Positions 13,633-27,162 of a stretch of 64,000 nt of DNA are shown one piece after another. The stretch spans positions 63,984,001-64,048,000 of the forward strand of contig OX597826.1 in NCBI GenBank assembly GCA_951406725.2. The letters run 5' to 3'. Below the pieces are notes generated by a model. That model had not been told where the DNA came from. It did no database searches and worked only from the letters and a program-made list of their open reading frames with translations. Source of the stretch: Octopus vulgaris. Its lineage: Eukaryota. Both the position numbers and the translations under genes were made by a program. Numbering within the stretch: position 1 is the first letter of the stretch; each line of letters begins with the position of its first letter.

Positions 13633-15150
13633 GAATCTACAGATCTTATATAAAGATAACCTTAACAAGTGACTTAATAGCACTGCTAACACAATAGAAT
13701 ACAGTGTTGACTTATAAAGTGTTTGATATACTTTGTAGTATTTTACGGTCGAGTCAATAATAAGTTGATTATATAATGTTTATTGTTAATAATTGTACTT
13801 GACACTTCAAATATTATAAGCCCTAACAAATGAAAAATCACGAAATTGAAAGCATGGACAAGCTCTAATGATCCTTAAGTAGTACAATGGAGAATGAGAA
13901 GTACATATAAAGAGAGAGAGAAGGAAGAGGAGGAGAGAAATAGTAACGATGGTGGGAGTGGTATATTTGTGAGATAGTCACATCCAGAATAACTTCAATC
14001 ATAATTCTGTTGGATCCGGACTATGTCTCCAATCACACGCACACACACACACATCTTTACATGTTATATGCAATGAGTATTCCTGCTGCTTCAACAACAG
14101 AACTCACTTTCCCATAGAATTTACACACAAGTGGCTGAGTATTCCGTAGCAGTCTCAAGATGCCTATGATAGTGGAAGACTTGTTATATCATAGGAAGTG
14201 TGTTTCATAGAGACAAGCATTATGCAGGGTCACAATAAATGGAAACATGGTAAAGTACAGACTCAGCTAATCCATTAGTGTTGAAAAGTAAAAAGCAGCA
14301 TTTAAATGATGATTAATCCTCACTTCATATACTCACACACACATTGTTATCATAAAGGGTCAAATCATGTGTCTTCTTTTTGGTTTGATGATTTCTCCCC
14401 TTCTGTCAAATTATAGAAATATGAAAAGAGGAAGTAGTAGCAGAGCTGAGAGAGAAGGAAGATACAGAAAGAAAGTATAACATAGAGCAGTGGGTTAGAT
14501 AAATAAGTGAGAGATTTATATAGAGAAAGAGGCAGCCAGACAGAAATAGCCATTAGTCAGCAGTAAGTGAAACAGGCAATCAAGTGAGCAGATAGTGAAA
14601 TACAAACAGGAATAGAAGAAAAAGTTAGAGACAAAGTTAGAAGAAGAATTGACACAAATGAGAGAGAAGTGGAAAGGACAGATACAGAGCTCTATAATAG
14701 AAAACGTGAATTTAGAAAGAAACAGAAGCAATGAGTGAGGGGGAAAACAATAATAATAATGAAAAAAAGACAAACAGAAGATGGAGTAATGCTTGAAGCA
14801 AAAAGATTCAGAATTATTGAATGTAGATAGAAATAAATGCAGTCAATTTTGGCAGGTACTAACGCTAATGTGTATAAATTTTATCATCATCATCATTATG
14901 ATTTTAAGATACTTTTTCATGCATTGGTCAAAATTTATTAAAATGAAAAAAAAATGTTTAACTTGTGTAAATTTATTTATAACGCATGTAATATGAAAAG
15001 GAAAGTTAGTTTTTTTTCAAAATAAATGGTTTCAACAGGTTTAATTACTATTTATGTGCGTTAACTATTAACAGTGTATATATGTGTGTGCATGTGTGTA
15101 TTCATGCATATAGAAATATGTGTGGGTGTACATATATACACACATATGTG

Positions 15151-15194
<44 letters not shown>

Positions 15195-15199
<5 letters not shown>

Positions 15200-15339
15200 G
15201 TTATCGCCATATTAATATGGCATTCTTATAGATATAAGAATAATCGCTGCCATGGTCAGCTCCATGAGGCCACCGCCATCAAGATAGCTATTGATACATG
15301 ATCTATAAGAATGCCATATTAATATGGCGATAACAATTA
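15195..15339. repeat. Perfect 39-bp inverted repeat with 67-bp spacer
   Basis: TAATTGTTATCGCCATATTAATATGGCATTCTTATAGAT (15195-15233) is the exact reverse complement of 15301-15339. Confidence 0.93.
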
Positions 15340-15512
15340 ATTTCCAGTAAACGCTGCCATAATCTCTTTTATAGAGACTTAGTAATTTTAATATTTCTAT
15401 TATATATATATAACTATATAGATATATGTACACACATATGTGTATATATATATATATAAATATATAACTATATAGATATATATACACACACGTGTGTATA
15501 TATATATATAAA

Positions 15513-15603
<91 letters not shown>

Positions 15604-16110
15604 CTATATAGATATAAATATCACATAAATACACACACATATATAAAGTGTGTGTTTGTGATAAAATAACAGAGAAATCGAAGATGAATCATTCTGAAAA
15701 GTTTTTTTTTTTCTGTAGATTTGTATTATTTAATACAATTTTGTACTCATACTACCCACATACATATGCATATATTTGTATATATGTAAATATATATATA
15801 TATATATTTATATTTATTTATTTATTTATGCTGATGTGATTACAGGCAATTCTTCTAATTACTTTAGTTCATCAAGCAATGCTCTAATTACATTCAAGTT
15901 TTATTTTCAAATGCTGTCAAGGGTAATTTTCCTGAAAGTTTGGATAATATAAATATTTTTTAATGCTTTTCCAAGTTATACTTGATTATTTTCGCTTTCC
16001 TGGGGGTGAGGTTGAGAGTGAGGATTAGAGTGTCTGCATTTTACTTCAATCATTCATGTCAATGAATGGACTGAAATATATAAAGAGGCATTGGGGGGCC
16101 TCTTTATATA

Positions 16111-16153
<43 letters not shown>

Positions 16154-19100
16154 AAAGAAAGTGAGTAAAATTTTTTTAAAAAAGTATCACAGGAATTGAT
16201 GTTAGAGATGTAATTAAGAAGACTTCTACATCAGATTCATCAATACAAAAGTGCCAAAAACAACAAAGTATTGAATAACAAAGAGGAAAGAAGGGATGGG
16301 TAGGTGGGTAACATCACTTGGAAATGAGTGGGGAGGGGGAAGAATAAGTGAAATAAAATAAATTGGAAGGGAAAGGAAGAGAGCGAAATGAAAAAAAAAG
16401 TTTAAAAGATATTAACTACACATATTGTTTATTATTTTTGTGTTCGAATTTTTAATAAGTTTTTTTTAAATATCTTTTTAGTTTTCTATTCAAATAGCAT
16501 TGATGTTATTTAGTTCAAAGCTATAGTATAGGAGAAGGTCTGTCATACTGTTTTATTTTCAGAAATTTAACCCCAAAAATGATATGCATGTCATATGCAT
16601 TTATATATATATATGTGTGTACATATGTACATATATATATATGTACATATGTATATAAACACACAGACAATTTTTATATATACATACAATATATATATAA
16701 TACTTTTATTTCATAGGATTTTAGCAAAAAAATTATGCATGTGTGTGTGTGTGCATATTCATATTTGTTGTTGCCTGAAGGATTGCATCAAATGAGAAAC
16801 TCTGAGTAGCAAGGAGTGAATCATCAACCTTATACAAGTGTACATCAAAGGATTGCTTTGTTTCGACCTGTCTTTGTGTATGTGTGTGTGTGCATGTGTG
16901 TATGTGTGCACATGCATGCACACACATGCATGTGTGTGTGTGCATGCATATGTATGTGTATTTTAAATTAAACCAAATTCCTTGTCCTATTATTTGGGGT
17001 ATTTAACACTTCACATTCTCACTTAACAAAAAAAGAAAAAGAAAAGCTACTCTGCACTTCAATGAAAGCCTGGATGGAATTGAAAGATGGTAATTCTAAA
17101 AATATAGAACAAAGGAATCAGAATATCCATTCTTCAGTGATGCAGCAATGCTAGAATACAAAATATAATCCCTAAAAAAAATTCTAGCATTGTTGAATAA
17201 GAGAAACAAGAATCAATGACTGCAAAGTTGTAAACAACTTCTGCCAGTGTGAACACATGGATACATTAGGATTAAAAGAGACTTTTACTTCTTTGACTGT
17301 TAAATTTATTAAAGCTTCACATGGGGAAAAGGTTTAATTCTGACTTGATACCCACTTTTGATTATTTTTCAAATTCTTTTTTTTTTTTATTTATATCTGC
17401 ATCCACACTTAGTCTTAAAAATGCAGACCTTTTTTCCCACAGCAGAAGTGTTAAGGCTGCTCCCCCTGGTGTAGAGGACTGGTCTGCAAGAGTCTTGTAC
17501 TGGTGCCATGTAAAAAGGCACTTGTGCCCATGCCATATGAAAACACTTGTGCAGTGTCATGTAAAAGTATCCAGTACACTCTGTAAAGTTATTGGAGTGA
17601 GGAAGGGCATCCAGCTATAGAAACCATACCAAATCAAACTGGAGCCTGGTGCAGCTCTGGTCAAACCGTCCAGTCCATGCCAACATGAGCAATGGACAGT
17701 AAATGATGATGATGATGTTTGTATGTATTGACACACACACACACACACACACATAATAATAATAATAATCATTGTTTTAACGTCCACTTTACCCTGCTTG
17801 CATGGGTTAGATAGAATTTGTTGAGGAACCTCTTCTATGACTGAATACCTTTCCTTCTGGCCAATGCTCAGTCGTTTCCAAGTAAGATATTTCCTGAAGA
17901 CAAAATGTGGTTGCATGGAATATTGGGAATGAATGACACAGCTTGTATGATAGTGACATTCATTCACAACAATCACATGATGTCAAACGCAAACTCCCCA
18001 CATGCACACACATACATATAATGCTGGGCTTCTTTCAGTTTCCATCTACCAAATCCACACAAAGCTTTTGTCAGCCTAGGGCTTTTGTAGAAGACACTTG
18101 CATAAGGTGCTACGTAGTGGGACTGAACCCGAAACCATGTGATTGCAAAGTGAGCTTCTTAACAGCACAGCCATGCCTATGACTAATACTGAGTGCATAT
18201 ATTAAATATAAATGCCTCCTAAACTCTAGATCTTCAAATCTGGTGTTGTGGAGTGAAGCAGAGATGAGAGATAAAACTTCCCTGGAATAGGACGCCAATC
18301 TTTCAAAACTGATCCGGCATTTATTCCTCAACAAGCTATATGAATTTAGGTGATGTAGATTAAAGCGTTCTGCCTGGAGACACAAAATAATCAAGGTGGA
18401 TTTGGTGTCATAAACCTAGACTAATGCATCCAGTCATGTTGTCTATACTGGATCCTAGTTCTGGGTTATCATTATCATCACCATCACAACAACCACTATT
18501 TTAATGTCCATTATCCATGTTGGACATAGATATACAAGATATTAAAAGACAGGAAGAGGAAAAAATCATAAATGCAAGCACTAGATAGGAAATGGTGTTT
18601 GCTTTCTTTTTCTCTCTGTTTACGGTGGTAATGGTGATGATGAGGAGGAGAAGGAAGACATCCAGTGATCACAATTGCATTCAATAAAAAAAAAACCGTG
18701 TTTAGAATGCAAATGTTCTAGTTGCTAGGGTTACCAGGACAGCCACCAATTGCCTTTGGCCAAGATTCTTGATAAGCAAGCTGCAAAGTCAATCAACCTA
18801 GCTGCAAGTTGTTGCTGTTTAGCTCCAGGTCATCCCTGGTCATGCAAACCTATTGTCAAAGGTGTTCCAGTTATGACCATTTCATGTTATTTTCAGTCGC
18901 AGTTTATCTAGAATCATACTGACCAAAGTGTCCTTTATTAAGATCATGGAAGTGATTTAAAAGAGATTTGGGAGCTAATTTCTATGAAATCGGGTAGAGC
19001 ACCTATATAATGAAACAAGAACGCAACAGACGACAATAAAACATCCAGACAGATAGACGATGTGAAGACGGACAGGACAAATCAAAGATGAGTCATTTGC

Positions 19101-21179
19101 AGAAGAGGAGGTTGTGAATGACCCGTCCTTATTTTTTTCCTGTCTGTCTTTTTCTTGTTTTTCTTGTCCATCTTCACATTGTATATGTATATATATATAT
19201 ATATATATATAGTGGCGTATGTACACTTTGGTCTCTTATATGTAAGTATACATTTTTCTAAATCTTGTACGACTATTTCTATCTATCCGCCCTTTCACGC
19301 TCATTCATTCATTCTACTCTTTGTTCTTTTGTTCCTCCTCTCTCACATTTCTTTGCCTTCTCTTCATGCTCACTTTCCCTCCACTTTTCACTTCACTGTG
19401 TCCCTGTCATTTTTTTTTTTTGCCCCTCCTTAATTCTTCTGTCCCTCTGCTTCTACTTCTCTCTATTCTCATCCCAAGCCTATTCTTTCTTTCTTGGTTT
19501 GGCCATTGTCCGTGCAACATCGATATTCCTCCCTGTGTTTGTAAAATCTTGTATCCCTGCCGTAAGGCTTCATTTCCACACACGCCAGCTTAATTTAATT
19601 CATCCTTAGTTGAAAGACACCTGTTGTTATGTCCTGTTATTATTTTTATTGTATTTGTGTAACATTGTCCATTTTTTTCCATCCTTGTTTTTGTATACAT
19701 TCACTGCTTTCTTCCAAGGAATCTAATGCTCTTAGCTTAGTTTTTCCTGGGGGCTGGCCAGACTGGAGCAATCTCAAGTATAATCAGCTGAAATTGTGAA
19801 GATAATCTGGTACTTGACTGAGGAATGAAAACTTCGAATGACCCATCCTTGTTTTCTTTGTATTGTCTATCTGGATGTTTTGTTGTCCCATTTTTGTATC
19901 ACCTAACTGTCCGGATGTTATATATATATATATATATAAATGGGACAGTTATATATATATAACTGTCCCATTTTGTAATTTATATATATATATCATCATC
20001 ATCATTTAGCGTCCGCTTTCCATGCTAGCATGGGTTGGACAGTTCAACTGGGGTCCGAGAAGCCAGAAGGCTGCACCAGGCCCAGTCTGATCTGGCAATG
20101 TTTCTACGGCTGGATGCCCTTCCTAACGCCAACCACTCCGTGAGTGTAGTGGGTGCTTTTTACGTGCCACAAGCTTCTGCACAGTTTCCATTTAACAAAT
20201 TCCCTTGTGAGACAACGGCTGACCCACGGCTGTAGTAGGAAACAGTTGCCTCAAGATTCCACAGCGTAGGACTGAACCCAAAGGCACGTGATTACAAAGC
20301 AAGCCACTTAACCACATAGCAGTGCATGCACCTACGATAGCTAATTAATTCATTATGAATAAATGTAAAATTATTTTAGACAAAACATGAATCAATCTAA
20401 GAAAGGAAAACAGAAAAAGACGCAATGATAGGATTGGAGATAAGTGTCTGTTGCTTGCTGTTCAATTTATTCTATTAATATTTGTAAATGTTGATTTTTC
20501 TTAGGATGGATTATATATATATATATATATATATGGATAATTGTCTATTGATGAGGTGACAAGAAGTGTGATCTGTTCTTTTATTTGCCACTACAGGTGA
20601 ATGTCCTTTTTGCCAGTCATGTCTAAAGTTAAGCATGTCACCTATTTATTTAGCCAATCAGTCATATACAAACAGACAGACTATTATTGGATTTAACAAT
20701 GAATGTTAACAACACAATAGCTGTGAAGACCAATAAGTGACATAATGACGATGATGATGATGATGATGATGATGATTTAATTTATTTGCCACCAAGGAAG
20801 GTGGCAAATATATTACAGAGTCCAATTACAAATAGGGTTGAGATTTACATAGACATTGAATTTTTTACCTTTTATCCTTTACTTGTTTCAGTCATTGGAC
20901 TGTGGCCATGCTGGGACATTGCCATGAAGAGCTTAGTCAAACAAATGAACCACAGTACTAACTTTTTAAGTCTGATACTTATTCTATTAGGGTTTTGGAA
21001 ACATAAACAAACCAACACCAGTTGTCAAGCGGTAGTGGGGGACAAATACGACACAAACACAAAGACACATAGAGATAGATAGCTACCACTTCTACCACCA
21101 CAAGTATTGGGATTAGAAAAGGGAGTCAAGAAAATAACCAATAAATTCAAGAGAAATGAAAATCAAGAATTACTTTTTC

Positions 21180-21564
21180 GAAGACCACCATCCCCATCAT
21201 CATCAGCTCAACCAATATCACCAAGATTACATCCGCTACCAATACCACCAAGCTCATTCCCACCAAGATCACCATCAATGCTACCACCACCATCAATGCC
21301 ACCAACACCAATACCAACATTACCAAGACCACCACCACTAACAATACCATCAAGACCACCACCAACACCACTAACAAGATTACCACCACCAACACCACCA
21401 TCAAGATCACCACGACCAACAACACCACCACCAACACCACTAACAAGATTACCACCACCAACACCACCATCAAGATCACCACCACCAACACCACCATCAA
21501 GATCACCACCACCAACAACACCATCAACACTACTACCACTAAGACCACTATCATCATCCCCACC

Positions 21565-21599
<35 letters not shown>

Positions 21600-21600
21600 A
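21180..21600 (+). repeat. (ACC/ATC)-derived minisatellite with ~24-bp units, ending in (CA)n
   Basis: Repeated CCACCACCAACACCACCATCAAGATCA and CCACTAACAAGATTA variants. Confidence 0.85.
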
Positions 21601-21876
21601 TTGACTACAAAACCAATATATCTGATTGCTTACTACACAAATTGATTAGCTGGATATAGATATTAATTAAAACTAATGTATCAATACAGCCAGAAATTAA
21701 CAGAACATATATTAATGTTTAACAATCATACTGATACTGATAATAATTTAGTTACAATTAAAATTGAAGTAATACTATATGATGTATTATCTAATTACGC
21801 ATCTCCATTGTTGACATTTTCATTATTCTTCTTCATCTACTAATTATACACCACCACTACTGCCAACAACAACAAC

Positions 21877-22281
21877 TCTTTTATATGTTTCAGTCATTTG
21901 ACTGCAGCCATGCTGGAGCACCGCCTTTAGTCGATCAAATTGACCCCAGGAAAGTATTATTCTTTGTAAGCCTGGTACTTATTCTATTGGTCTCTTTTGC
22001 CGAACTGCTAAGTTACGGGGACGTAAACACACCAGCATCAGTTGTCAAGCAATGCTAGGGGGACAAACACAGACACACAAACACACACACTCACACACAT
22101 ATATATATATATACATATATACGACAGGCTTCTTTCAGTTTCCGTCTACCAAATCCACTCACAAGGCATTGGTCGGCCTGGGGCAATAGCAGAAGACACT
22201 TGCCCAAGATGCCACGCAGTGGGAATGAACCCGGAACCATGTGGTTGGTAAGCAAGCTACTTACCACACAGCCACTCCTGC
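21877..22281 (-). mobile_element. tRNA/CORE-like SINE family B (representative copy)
   Basis: Head GCAGGAGTGGCTGTGTGGTAAG...GGGTTCA, a CORE-like CTTGGGCAAGTG, an internal CA/TA microsatellite and tail GGTGCTCCAGCATGGC..TGACTGAAAC. Other copies at about 45730-46148, 47055-47465, 56555-56925 and 60615-60965. Confidence 0.88.
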
Positions 22282-23176
22282 TTAATTAACTTTCACTTAG
22301 TGACATTAATTGCTTGACAGATAAATCTCTACCCTTGGCTAACAACATGCTAGACTCTTTAAGGATATGGTATTTCTGAATAATCTAGTTAGTATTTAGT
22401 CAAAAATTCAGTGGACTGAGATGTACAGAATTTATGCCCCTAACATAATGAAATTCACACACTGGGTTTGAACTCAATAAACATCACTAGTTTATTGAAA
22501 TCATATCCAATAAGCTACTTAACTTTAATACTCCCATATTTCTACCACCCTTGGAGTCAGTCATTTAGCCATGAAATAGATTGACTTTATTGATATCAAG
22601 AGAAGGCTGTATTTGCCAGTCTGTAAATTGTGTGTGTGTGTGAGTGTGCATGTTGTCAGTCAACAGCAGCTTACAGTATTTCTTGCTCTTAACAGCAGGA
22701 CCCTAATCCACAAACAAAAGTAGGATGTGTGCATAAATAACACTTCCAGGGTGCCTCTTGTCATATATTGGACTTAACAGCAGGATATCCATCCATGGAC
22801 AAGAGTAGGATGTTTGTGAAAATAGCATGTCCAGGATACTTTTTAAATACATACTGGTCTTAACAGCAGGTTTTTTTCCATCCATGAGCATAAATAGGTT
22901 GCAAAGATGAAACCTGGTTATCAAGATCTGATGAGACTTGCTATTTAAGTGTCTGATTCATGTCTAGCGAACTTCAATGACTTTAAACTAATAAAGCAAC
23001 CTCAAAATAACTGCTTCAGTTGCTAAAGATTGCAACTTAGTTTCCTTTAAATAACAATTCTACTGTCTTAAATAAAGGACACATCAGGTTATATATTCCT
23101 AGATATACTAACTGGCACTCCATAGTTTACAACAACGAGGGTTCCAGTTGATCTGATCAACAGAATAGCCTGCTCA

Positions 23177-23592
23177 AGGCGGCGAGCTGGCAGAAGCGTT
23201 AGCACGCCGGGCGAAATGCTTTGTGGTATTTCGTCTGCCGCTACGTTCTGAGTTCAAATTCCGCCGAGGTCGACTTTGCCCTTCATCGTTTCGGGGTCGA
23301 TTAAATAAGTACCAGTTACGCACTGGGGTCGATATAATCGACTTAATCCGTTTGTCTGTCCTTGTTTGTCCTCTCTGTGTTTAGCCCCTTGAGGGTAGTA
23401 AATAAATAGGTATTTTGTCTGCCGCTACGTTCTGAGTTCAAATTCCGCCAAGGTCGACTTTGCCTTTCATCTTTTCGGGATTGATTAAGTAAGTACCAGT
23501 TATGCACTGGTGTCGATATAATCAACTTAATCCGTTTGTCTGTGCTTGTTTGTTCCCTCTGTGTTTAGCCCCTTGTGGGCAATAAAGAAATA
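23177..23592 (+). mobile_element. SINE family A, partially dimeric copy, inserted in an older SINE
   Basis: A full unit followed by a 5'-truncated second unit. One TSD AGAATAGCCTGCTCA brackets both. Confidence 0.88.
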
Positions 23593-24825
23593 AGAATAGC
23601 CTGCTCATGAAATTAACGTGCAAGCGGCTGAGAACTCCACAGACATGTGTACCCTTAACGTAATTCTCAGAGATTCAGCATGAAATACAGGTATCACCAT
23701 TTTTGCCAGCTGTGAACCAGAGCATCATGAAATAAAGTGTCGAACTCATGAACTTACAATTGTGAGTGAATACCCCTAACCACTAAGCCATGTGCTTTCA
23801 CCCTAGATATACTAGGTCTGGAAAAAAAAAAAGGAAAGCCGATAACAGCTGAAACACTTTTCATCATCATCATATCATTATCATCATCGTCATTTTAACA
23901 TCCACATTTTAATGCTTGCACAGGTTAGACAGAATTTGTTAAGGCAGATTTTCTACAGCCTGATGTATTCCCTCTTACTAATCTTCACCTTTTTACAAAA
24001 AAAAAAAAAGCCAAAATTTCTTCATGGTCAGACATGGTTTTCACAGAAGACTGGAAACAAACTTGCTTGTGTAATGAGGTTGCTCATTTACAACCATCAC
24101 AAGACATTAAGGAAAAGGATACACACACACAATTATAGGTTTTTTTCAGTTTCCATATATTAAATCTACTCACAAAGTTTTGGTTGGCCAGCGTCTATAG
24201 TAGGAAACACCTGCCCAAGGTGCCAGGTAGTGGGACTGAACCTGAAACCATGTGGTTTGGAAGCAAGCTGTTTAACCACACAACTATGCCTATGCCTCAC
24301 AAGTTTACTTAATCAAGTCTAACCCATGACATCTTCACTTTAGCAAGTTTGCTCTACTTTGTAAATGTAACAACTACACTTAGTCTTGTAGCAAATTTGG
24401 CTTGAGCAGGAATGGACTATCACAATTCTAGGTTTCATCAGACTTAATGTATAAATGTTGCTTCCGCTTTGGGTTAGCTACAGACAACTTAGGAAACTTT
24501 TGTTACATACACAATATGGTGCTGAATTAAAGAAAAAAAAAATCAAAATTAACTAAAATTTTCATCAACACAGAGCACAACAATGAACAGATAATGCCAT
24601 GTGTTGTGGTTTGGTGAAAGGTTTAATTAATCCAAGTTCTTTTGTCTAAATATACGAGATGAGTTGTTGTGCATGAGTCAGTGACCTAGCAGATCAAAAC
24701 TTTATTCACCACAGTTTTGTACTATTGTATATCCATTCAGGAATAAGAAACCTAATGAGGATCAGAGATCCAGGCAATTAAAGTGTACTGTTCATGAGAA
24801 GATATTTTTTAAAAAGATGTATACA

Positions 24826-25280
24826 CAGGCATGGCTATTGTGGTTAAAAGGTTTGATTCCCAGTCACATGGTTTTAAGTCCAGTCCCACTGCACTGCACC
24901 TTGAATAAGTGTTGTCTGCTATAGCCCTGAGCCAGCCAAAGCCTTTGAGTGAATTTGGTAGACAAAAAAAAATGAAAGAAGTTCATCATGTATGTGTATG
25001 TATAAATGTATGCATGCATGCAAGAATGTATATAGGTAGGTTTGTGTCAGTCTTGACATAAAGCAATTCTTGTAAACATGTGTTACTGACATACAAGCAA
25101 TGTCCTTTGTTTCCAGTCTTCTGTGAAAACAGGTCTGGCCATGGAGAAATATTACCCTGCTTGGAAGCAGATGAGGGTCGGCAACAGGGAAAGCATCTGG
25201 CCACAGGAACACTACTGCCTCAAAAAATTCTGTCTAATTCATACAAGCATGGAAAAGTGGACATTAAACAGCGATGATGT
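24826..25280 (+). mobile_element. SINE with family-B head and RTE-like (GAT)n tail
   Basis: Family-B head and core, then ...CAAGCATGGAAAAGTGGACATTAAA..GATGATG. Relatives at about 17765-18180(-), 23865-24295(-) and 27180-27545(+). Confidence 0.75.
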
Positions 25281-25548
25281 TCATACCTAAAGACCAATAT
25301 ATACTGTACAGTAAATTGTCCAGTAGCTTAAAAGTCGCACTCCAAGCAAACTTTTATGCTAACTCCTGCGGAGGACTAATGGGCCTGCAACACAGAACTA
25401 AAGACAGCAGTAATAATAAAGCATTTATTGGTACCCTACCAATATGGTATTATTTCAAATTCAGTTTAAATGAAAAACTTGTAAATTCACAAATTTTTGG
25501 AAGTCTTTTAAAAATTTGCATTTTCAACTGTTAACATTGTAACAAATG

Positions 25549-25820
25549 CTCATCCAGACCTGATCCCAATGCTGGATGTTCAAGAACCAAATGAAGGGCA
25601 GATATTCAATCCTGGGATCATCCTGATTCCAAAATGGCATAATATGTCTATGCAGAGGAAATATAGACTGAGATACAGGGATCCTCATCCAGACCTGATC
25701 CCAATGCTGGATGTTCAAGAACCAAATGAAGGACAGATATTCAATCCCAGGATCATCCTGATTCCAAAATGGCATAATATGTCTATGCAGAGGAAATATA
25801 GACTGAGATACAGGAATCCT
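25549..25820 (+). repeat. Near-perfect 135-bp tandem duplication
   Basis: CTCATCCAGACCTGATCCC... starts at 25549 and at 25684, with only about 4 substitutions. Confidence 0.93.
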
Positions 25821-27012
25821 GCATGGACAGACAGACAGAATTTCACATGTCTTATTATAGATATGGATTCATAACATATCTGTGGAATTAAAATATCTGG
25901 TTGCTCTTAAGCTTTCAGCTGATTACTTCCTAAACAAACAAGGAAACATTTATGCAGTCATCAACTCAATTTTTCTTTTTTTTTTAAAAAGCAACCAATT
26001 TTCTCTCAAATCACACTCAATAATCTTCCAAAAAGAGGAAGGAAACACCAGAATAATGTAACCCTAGGTAGATTTTAAGACTGTAAAATAGAAAAATAAA
26101 TAAATGGTATTGTGATGATTACAGCAAGAAATGCTCTTAGTCGGAGGTCTGCTAGATCAGGGCTCACAATCATGTTATAGACTGGTTCAGGTAGAACTGA
26201 CCAAAATTAATGAACATTAAAAACAATATTGATGATGATGATGATGATGATGTTGCCGTCGACGATGATGATGATATAGATAAGAGTAATAATGATTCAG
26301 TTACCGATAACTGATTTATGGATCTGAGGTGAGAATGAGGAGTAGACAGGTGTTGAAGTAACACTTAGTTTATTTGAAGTTAGTAAGCCTGACTTATAAG
26401 GCAACAAACAGATGATCAAGCATGCGGAATCTTTCAACAATTGTGGTAGATACAAATCCACTTTTTTGCCATGGAAGCAGCACAAGTGAGATCACCAAAC
26501 AGTTCACAAAAACAAAAAAGTACCCCTTGATTGAGAGTGATGTAGAACTGAGAACAGTGACTTATGCTAGGTGTTGAGAGGCATGACTATGATATAGGGA
26601 TAGGAATAGGTGTGTCGTTGCAGAGGAGGTACATGGCTACACCAGCAGGAAAAGGAGAGAAGAAAATGATGGCGATGGGTGTCAGAATGTACCCTCAAGG
26701 TGCAAGAGGGTGAATGTGAGGGGGATGGGTCAAGTCAGAGGAACAGGTGAGGAGAATAGGGATAGAAAATCAGGTAAGTTCACAAGAGCATCAGGTGAGC
26801 AACAGATGGTTAGAGGCAGGAAATATAAGGATATAGATGATGCAGTGAACAACAGACAAAGGAGAGGGAATGGTCAATGATGAATATCAGTTTAAGGGAA
26901 GGTGAGAGAAATAGGAGGGGATGATAAATGGTATACAGAAAAGGGAGGAGGGCAGAGAGCAGCATTGTAATAAAATCCATATAGATGAGAAATAGGGAGA
27001 TGGTGTGATATA

Positions 27013-27162
27013 TGAGAGGGATGCTTAAAAGTTCCTGATGTGGAGTAAAAGAAAATACAGGAGGATCAGTTAATTATGATTTTATTTGATGTATTCTCCT
27101 CTCAAGATTCACACACTTATTTATTGCAGCAGTACCCCAGGAACTTTTCAGCAACCCCCTCA
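27013..27162. mobile_element. Mariner-like MITE
   Basis: TA|TGAGAGGGATGCTTAAAAGTTCCTG ... CAGGAACTTTTCAGCAACCCCCTCA|TA. Confidence 0.75.

Noticed and set aside
18110-18394. 94-aa minus ORF with an acceptor-like site
   Set aside because: No resemblance to the expected CFAP97 continuation, and it runs into a SINE.
19812-19850. CTGAGGA...CGAATGAC hammerhead-like string
   Set aside because: It lacks GAAA and a pairable stem III with an NUH triplet.
21107-21604. Pro-rich 165-aa and Gly/Val-rich antisense ORFs
   Set aside because: An ACC/ATC minisatellite that is open in several frames and ends in (CA)n, with no splice or homology support.
25288-25384. Minus-strand segment with good acceptor and donor
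   Set aside because: Stops occur in all three frames and there is no other evidence for an exon.
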